Positions 60,252 through 64,000 of a stretch of DNA of 64,000 bases are shown piece by piece. Under the pieces are notes generated by a model. That model worked only from the letters and a program-made list of their open reading frames with translations, had not been told where the DNA came from and did no database searches. The DNA comes from an uncultured Alphaproteobacteria bacterium (GTDB lineage Bacteria > Pseudomonadota > Alphaproteobacteria > Rhizobiales > Aestuariivirgaceae): positions 4,300 through 68,299 of the forward strand of contig CAMFKI010000018.1 of the NCBI GenBank assembly GCA_945957365.1, read 5' to 3'. Position numbers and translations under genes: made by a program. Each line of letters starts with the position of its first letter. Positions within the stretch are counted from its first letter, which is position 1.

Positions 60252-60279
60252 ATATGATAGTTTCTCGAAATCATCATAC
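60252..60279. promoter_or_regulatory. NikR operator
   Basis: ATATGA-N16-TCATAC versus NikR consensus GTATGA-N16-TCATAC, between divergent nikM and nikR. Confidence 0.8.
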
Positions 60280-60350
60280 CCGATATGGGCGCGCCGCTGG
60301 ACACCCCGGCAAGGCCGCTCCATCATCGATCGACATGTGAGGGCTGAACC

Positions 60351-60863
60351 GTGGACCGCATCACCATCACCATCGAACCGGAACTGCTGGCGGGGCTCGA
60401 CGCCTTCGTCGGGGCCAAGGGCTATGCCGGCCGCTCGGAAGCGCTGCGCGACCTCCTGCGCGAGCGCCTGCAGGCGGAGGCCACCACCTCGGAAAGTGGA
60501 GGCGAATGCATCGCGGCGCTGACCTATGTCTACGACCATCACAAGCGCCAGCTGGCCAACCGCCTCACCGACCTCCACCACGACCACCACGACCTCACGA
60601 TCGCCACCATGCACGTCCACCTCGATCATGAATCCTGCCTCGAGGTCGCGGTGCTGCGCGGCGGCGTGGCCGAGGTGCGGCGCCTGTCGGAAGGCGTCAT
60701 CAGCCAGAGCGGCGTGCGCTATGGCCACACCCACGTGGTTCCCGTCAACATCGCGGTGCAGTCGCATCACCATCATGACGACGCCGGGACTGGCCACAGC
60801 CACCGACCGGGCACCCATGCCCACGAGCACATCCGCACCCTCGTGTGGAATCCGAAGGCGTGA
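60351..60863 (+). CDS. nikR: Nickel-responsive regulator NikR
   Basis: RITITI ribbon, RSEALRDL, YVYDHH, QHxH-like LHHDHH, HVHL..CLE; His-rich C-terminal extension. Confidence 0.93.
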   Translation: MDRITITIEPELLAGLDAFVGAKGYAGRSEALRDLLRERLQAEATTSESGGECIAALTYVYDHHKRQLANRLTDLHHDHHDLTIATMHVHLDHESCLEVAVLRGGVAEVRRLSEGVISQSGVRYGHTHVVPVNIAVQSHHHHDDAGTGHSHRPGTHAHEHIRTLVWNPKA

Positions 60864-60899
60864 CGGAGGCGGGCGGCGCAGGCGCCGCCCCGGCCGCGA

Positions 60900-61826
60900 T
60901 CATTCCGCCGCTTCGCGCAGCCCCGTGCGCGCCTGGGCGGCCAGCGCCATGGTGGCCGCAACGCAGTCGCGCGCGGCGTGCCAGTAGCGTTCCTTCAGCT
61001 CGATGTTGAAGACGACGCCGTGCGGAAACTGGCATTCCGCCATGATCTCGGTCCACGCGATGTCGCCCCAGCCCACCGGCAGGTGCAGGTCGCCGTGGCC
61101 GAAGGCCAGCCTTTCGCCTTCCGAGAACATCCAGATGTCGTCCTGGCGGCCGAAGCTGTCATGGATGTGCAGGTGGCGGGCAAAGGGCGCGAGCGCCGCC
61201 ACCTCGCTCAGGTAGGCGTCGCGGCGGCCCTCGAAATCGAGCCGCAGGTAGGCATGGCTGAAGTCGATCGTGGCCCTGACCGCCGGATGGTCGATGGCGG
61301 CAAGTTCCTGCGCCAGGCGCAGCGGCGTCGGCGTGTGCTGGCCGGCAGTGTCGGTGAACAGCGTCTCGACGCACAGCGCGATGTCGCGCTCGGCGGCGAG
61401 ATCGCCCGCCATCTGCAGCCACTCGCGCTGGCGCAGATAGGCCTCCTCCAGCCCCTCGGCCTGCTGCATCGGCGCCATGCCGGCATGCACCACGTAGTTC
61501 GCGGCCTTGACCTCGGCGGCAACGTCCAGCGAAGCGGCCAGCACCTCGAGGTGGCGCGGCAGCCGCCAGTCCTCATCCATGAAATTGATGGCGAGCGGGC
61601 CGTGCACCGTGAAGCCGACGGCGCGTCCGGCGCAGGCGCGCTTCAGCGCATCCATCTGGCTCTGGCGGATGCGTCCGCCGACCACGATGTCCATATCGTG
61701 GGTCGGCAGTTCGATGGTGGCGACCCCGAGTTCCTCGATCATGTCGAGTTCCATTCCGAAGTCCGAGAGATCGTTGGCGCGCTTGTGCGCGGAAATGCCA
61801 ACGCGGGTCGATCCGTTGTGCAGCAT
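60900..61826 (-). CDS. Sugar-phosphate isomerase/epimerase (xylose-isomerase-like TIM barrel)
   Basis: HGPL, VETL, DFSHA, HLHIHDSFG, HLPVGWG, IELK metal-ligand pattern. Confidence 0.82.
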   Translation of the reverse strand: MLHNGSTRVGISAHKRANDLSDFGMELDMIEELGVATIELPTHDMDIVVGGRIRQSQMDALKRACAGRAVGFTVHGPLAINFMDEDWRLPRHLEVLAASLDVAAEVKAANYVVHAGMAPMQQAEGLEEAYLRQREWLQMAGDLAAERDIALCVETLFTDTAGQHTPTPLRLAQELAAIDHPAVRATIDFSHAYLRLDFEGRRDAYLSEVAALAPFARHLHIHDSFGRQDDIWMFSEGERLAFGHGDLHLPVGWGDIAWTEIMAECQFPHGVVFNIELKERYWHAARDCVAATMALAAQARTGLREAAE

Positions 61827-61983
61827 GGTGGCGTTCCTCACAGTGCGGCACCGCGCCGCTGACTCCCACCGATAGCCATCCCCCGTGTAGAACCCGCGAC
61901 AGCCGTGTTACCGGTCGATGCCGGCGCCGCCGCCATTGCTCCCGGCGCGATGCCTTTATCCGCGGCCTGATCGAGACTGTCTT

Positions 61984-62232
61984 CTAGACCATCCTGGTGG
62001 CGGCCGTGCCACGCGAGACGAGACCGCGGATTTCCCTGCGTGACCTGTCCAGGGATGCTGCGACCTGCGGCAACCCGGCTTCGCGGGCGAGGCTGCACAG
62101 ATCCGTCAGCATGTCTTCGACATAGCAGGCCGCATCCCGGCGTCTGCAGCGTGCGAGCAGCTCTGCCGCGTTCCTGTCGAGAGCGGCCCGGCGCTGCACG
62201 TCGTTCAAGGCCAGCAATTCGGCGATCTGCAT
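61984..62232 (-). CDS. Small hypothetical protein (82 aa)
   Basis: YVEDMLTDL.SLAREAGL...SL pattern resembles small rhizobial ORFs; weak support. Confidence 0.45.
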   Translation of the reverse strand: MQIAELLALNDVQRRAALDRNAAELLARCRRRDAACYVEDMLTDLCSLAREAGLPQVAASLDRSRREIRGLVSRGTAATRMV

Positions 62233-62421
62233 GGTGTCACCCGGGCGTTCACGAGACCAAGGACAGAGTCCATAACCGAAATATGATCAGCGGCCTTGAT
62301 CCACGTCAGCAGCCGTGCGTTGCACGACATCGCATGCATGCGTGCGAGCCGCTGAAGGCGATACTGTCCGCGCGCAGTTCTGATTGCGCTTTTGTAAGAC
62401 AAAACAGCGCCGCTTCAAGCA

Positions 62422-62438
62422 GTTAACAATGTTTCAAC
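62422..62438. promoter_or_regulatory. Near-consensus CtrA binding site
   Basis: GTTAA-CAATGTT-TCAAC (one mismatch to TTAA-N7-TTAAC) in the AT-rich region upstream of flp. Confidence 0.55.
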
Positions 62439-62651
62439 GCGCAGCGTTGATTATTCAGTCAATCAATTGTAGTGATTTGATCCGGGGAGTGTGGTGTTCG
62501 GATCGTTCTTCGGGTCCTTGCAATCCAGGAGAATGGCTCGACGTTGGCTGACAAATTTCAGGTTGTACTCTGGATCGAGGTCGCCGGCGGCGTAACGGAC
62601 ACGACGTAGTTGAATTCGCGTTTGGGACCTTGCAGATTTGAGGCACTTTGA

Positions 62652-62837
62652 ATGAAATCGATATTATCCATATGTTCGGCGTTCCATCGAGATGACAGGG
62701 GCGCCGCCTTCATCGAATACACGGCCCTTCTCGGCGTCATCCTTGCCGTCGGACTCCTCGTGCTCACGAAGGTCGGCAACTGGGCGACCAACCAATGGTC
62801 CACGCTGTGCAGCGGCCTCGGTTCGAAATGTAAATAG
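62652..62837 (+). CDS. flp: Flp/Fap type IVb pilin
   Basis: RDDRG|AAFIEY (Gly cleavage site, E+5, Y+6), hydrophobic helix, C-terminal Cys pair; 61 aa. Confidence 0.9.
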   Translation: MKSILSICSAFHRDDRGAAFIEYTALLGVILAVGLLVLTKVGNWATNQWSTLCSGLGSKCK

Positions 62838-62938
62838 CACGCCGTTCGCGGTGGTGCGCTCAAGCCGGATCACCGAGAACGTGCTTGCAACAGCCGGGTC
62901 GCGCAACTGCAGCGGACGCCAGCGCGTCCGCGATGACA

Positions 62939-63014
<76 letters not shown>

Positions 63015-63101
63015 ATCGGGCTCTGGTTAGAACGCTTTGGGCCCGCATGGCAACAAGGAATGGCAACAAGGAAGAGGGCGGGGCCGTTTCCGGCTCCCGC
63101 A

Positions 63102-63806
63102 TCACCGCGTCAGCGCGTAAAGCGTCACGGCGCAGGCGTTGGAGACGTTGAGGCTGCGGATCGGGCCGTTCATGTCGAGCCTGACGAGGTGGTCGCAGCT
63201 GTCGCGCGTCAGCTGCCGGAGGCCCTTGCCCTCGGCCCCCAGCACGATGGCGACGGGCGGCGCACGATCGACGGCGGAGATGTCCTCGGGCGCGTCGCTG
63301 TCGAGCCCCAGGATGCGGAAGCCATAGTCCTTCAGCTCCGCCATGGCGCGCGACAGGTTGGTCACCTTCACGAAGGGCACATGCTCGAAGGCGCCCGAGG
63401 CGGACTTGAACAACACTGCCGAAGCCTCCGGGCTGTGGCGCGCGGTGGCCACCAGGGCGGTCACGTTGAAGGCGGCACAGGTACGCAGGATGGCGCCCAC
63501 GTTGTGCGGGTCCGTCACCTGGTCGAGCAGCACCACGATGCCGGATTTCTCGATCTGGTCGAGGCGCGGCTGGTCGAGCGGCTTCGCCTCGATTAGCAGG
63601 CCCTGGTGCACCGCCTCCGGCCCCAGCTTCTTGTCGAGGTCGCGCGGGTGCACGATCTCCGGCGTGATGCCGCGCGCGGCGATCTCGGCCGCCAGCCGGT
63701 CGGCGGCGTTCTTCGATGCCTTCAGCGAATAGATCTTGCGCTTCGGGTTCTTCAGCGCCTCGGCCACGGGGTGGACGCCATAGATGATGTCATTGGGATC
63801 GCTCAT
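63102..63806 (-). CDS. rlmB: 23S rRNA 2'-O-methyltransferase RlmB (TrmH/SpoU family)
   Basis: IYGVHPV.EAL, HQG, LDQVTDPHNVGAILR, VLGAEGKGL, SLNVSNA; start 63806. Confidence 0.92.
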   Translation of the reverse strand: MSDPNDIIYGVHPVAEALKNPKRKIYSLKASKNAADRLAAEIAARGITPEIVHPRDLDKKLGPEAVHQGLLIEAKPLDQPRLDQIEKSGIVVLLDQVTDPHNVGAILRTCAAFNVTALVATARHSPEASAVLFKSASGAFEHVPFVKVTNLSRAMAELKDYGFRILGLDSDAPEDISAVDRAPPVAIVLGAEGKGLRQLTRDSCDHLVRLDMNGPIRSLNVSNACAVTLYALTR

Positions 63807-63936
63807 TCCGTCGCCTATAGCGCAGGTCCCGGAAAAAGTGAGGGAAATTTCCGGCGGGGTCCTCGCCTTTGGTGTGATTGCCCGGACCCCCCGCACAGTC
63901 TAGAACCTTGTCCCGAAAAGCCATTTCCGGGGTCCC

Positions 63937-64000
63937 ATGTTCAAGAAGATTCTGATCGCCAACCGTGGCGAAATCGCCTGCCGCGTCATCAAGACCGCCC
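63937..64000 (+). CDS. Biotin carboxylase subunit of an acyl-CoA carboxylase (5' fragment, runs off window)
   Basis: MFKKILIANRGEIACRVIKTA. Confidence 0.9.
   Translation, partial: MFKKILIANRGEIACRVIKTA

Overview
High-GC bacterial chromosomal segment. Gene content and regulatory motifs point to an alphaproteobacterium, probably Hyphomicrobiales/Rhizobiales (inference). From left to right it holds: (1) an iscR-iscS-sufBCDS-sufT-sufA Fe-S operon with a 61-aa membrane ORF inserted between sufB and sufC; (2) small accessory genes (cytochrome c, phosphate acyltransferase, HdeD-like); (3) an uncharacterised SorC-family sugar catabolic locus (CUT1 ABC transporter, PfkB kinase, SAF-domain NAD oxidoreductase, acetoin/pyruvate-dehydrogenase-like E1a/E1b/E2 without E3); (4) a NitT/TauT ABC + SDR + Zn-ADH operon divergent from a histamine-dehydrogenase-like flavoenzyme and an FMO-like oxidoreductase; (5) ppsA; (6) orphan tadE/tadG-like genes and a GT2 gene with a perfect CtrA box; (7) an LKR/SDH saccharopine pair; (8) small stress-type genes and a fatty-acid desaturase; (9) a complete bufferin-type MNIO RiPP operon (DUF2282-DUF692-DUF2063-DoxX) with divergent SigF/NrsF and two matching promoters; (10) a Yersinia/Brucella-ure2-like urease cluster with two Fluc (crcB) genes between ureC and ureE, a urea channel, permeases, an ECF nickel transporter and NikR with its operator; (11) an Flp pilin, tRNA-Thr(TGT), rlmB and the start of a biotin carboxylase. 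I saw no CRISPR array, transposase or integrase. Several REP-like palindromes are present. Many start codons were re-assigned by eye relative to the ORF track. Family and residue comparisons are from memory and were not confirmed by database search.
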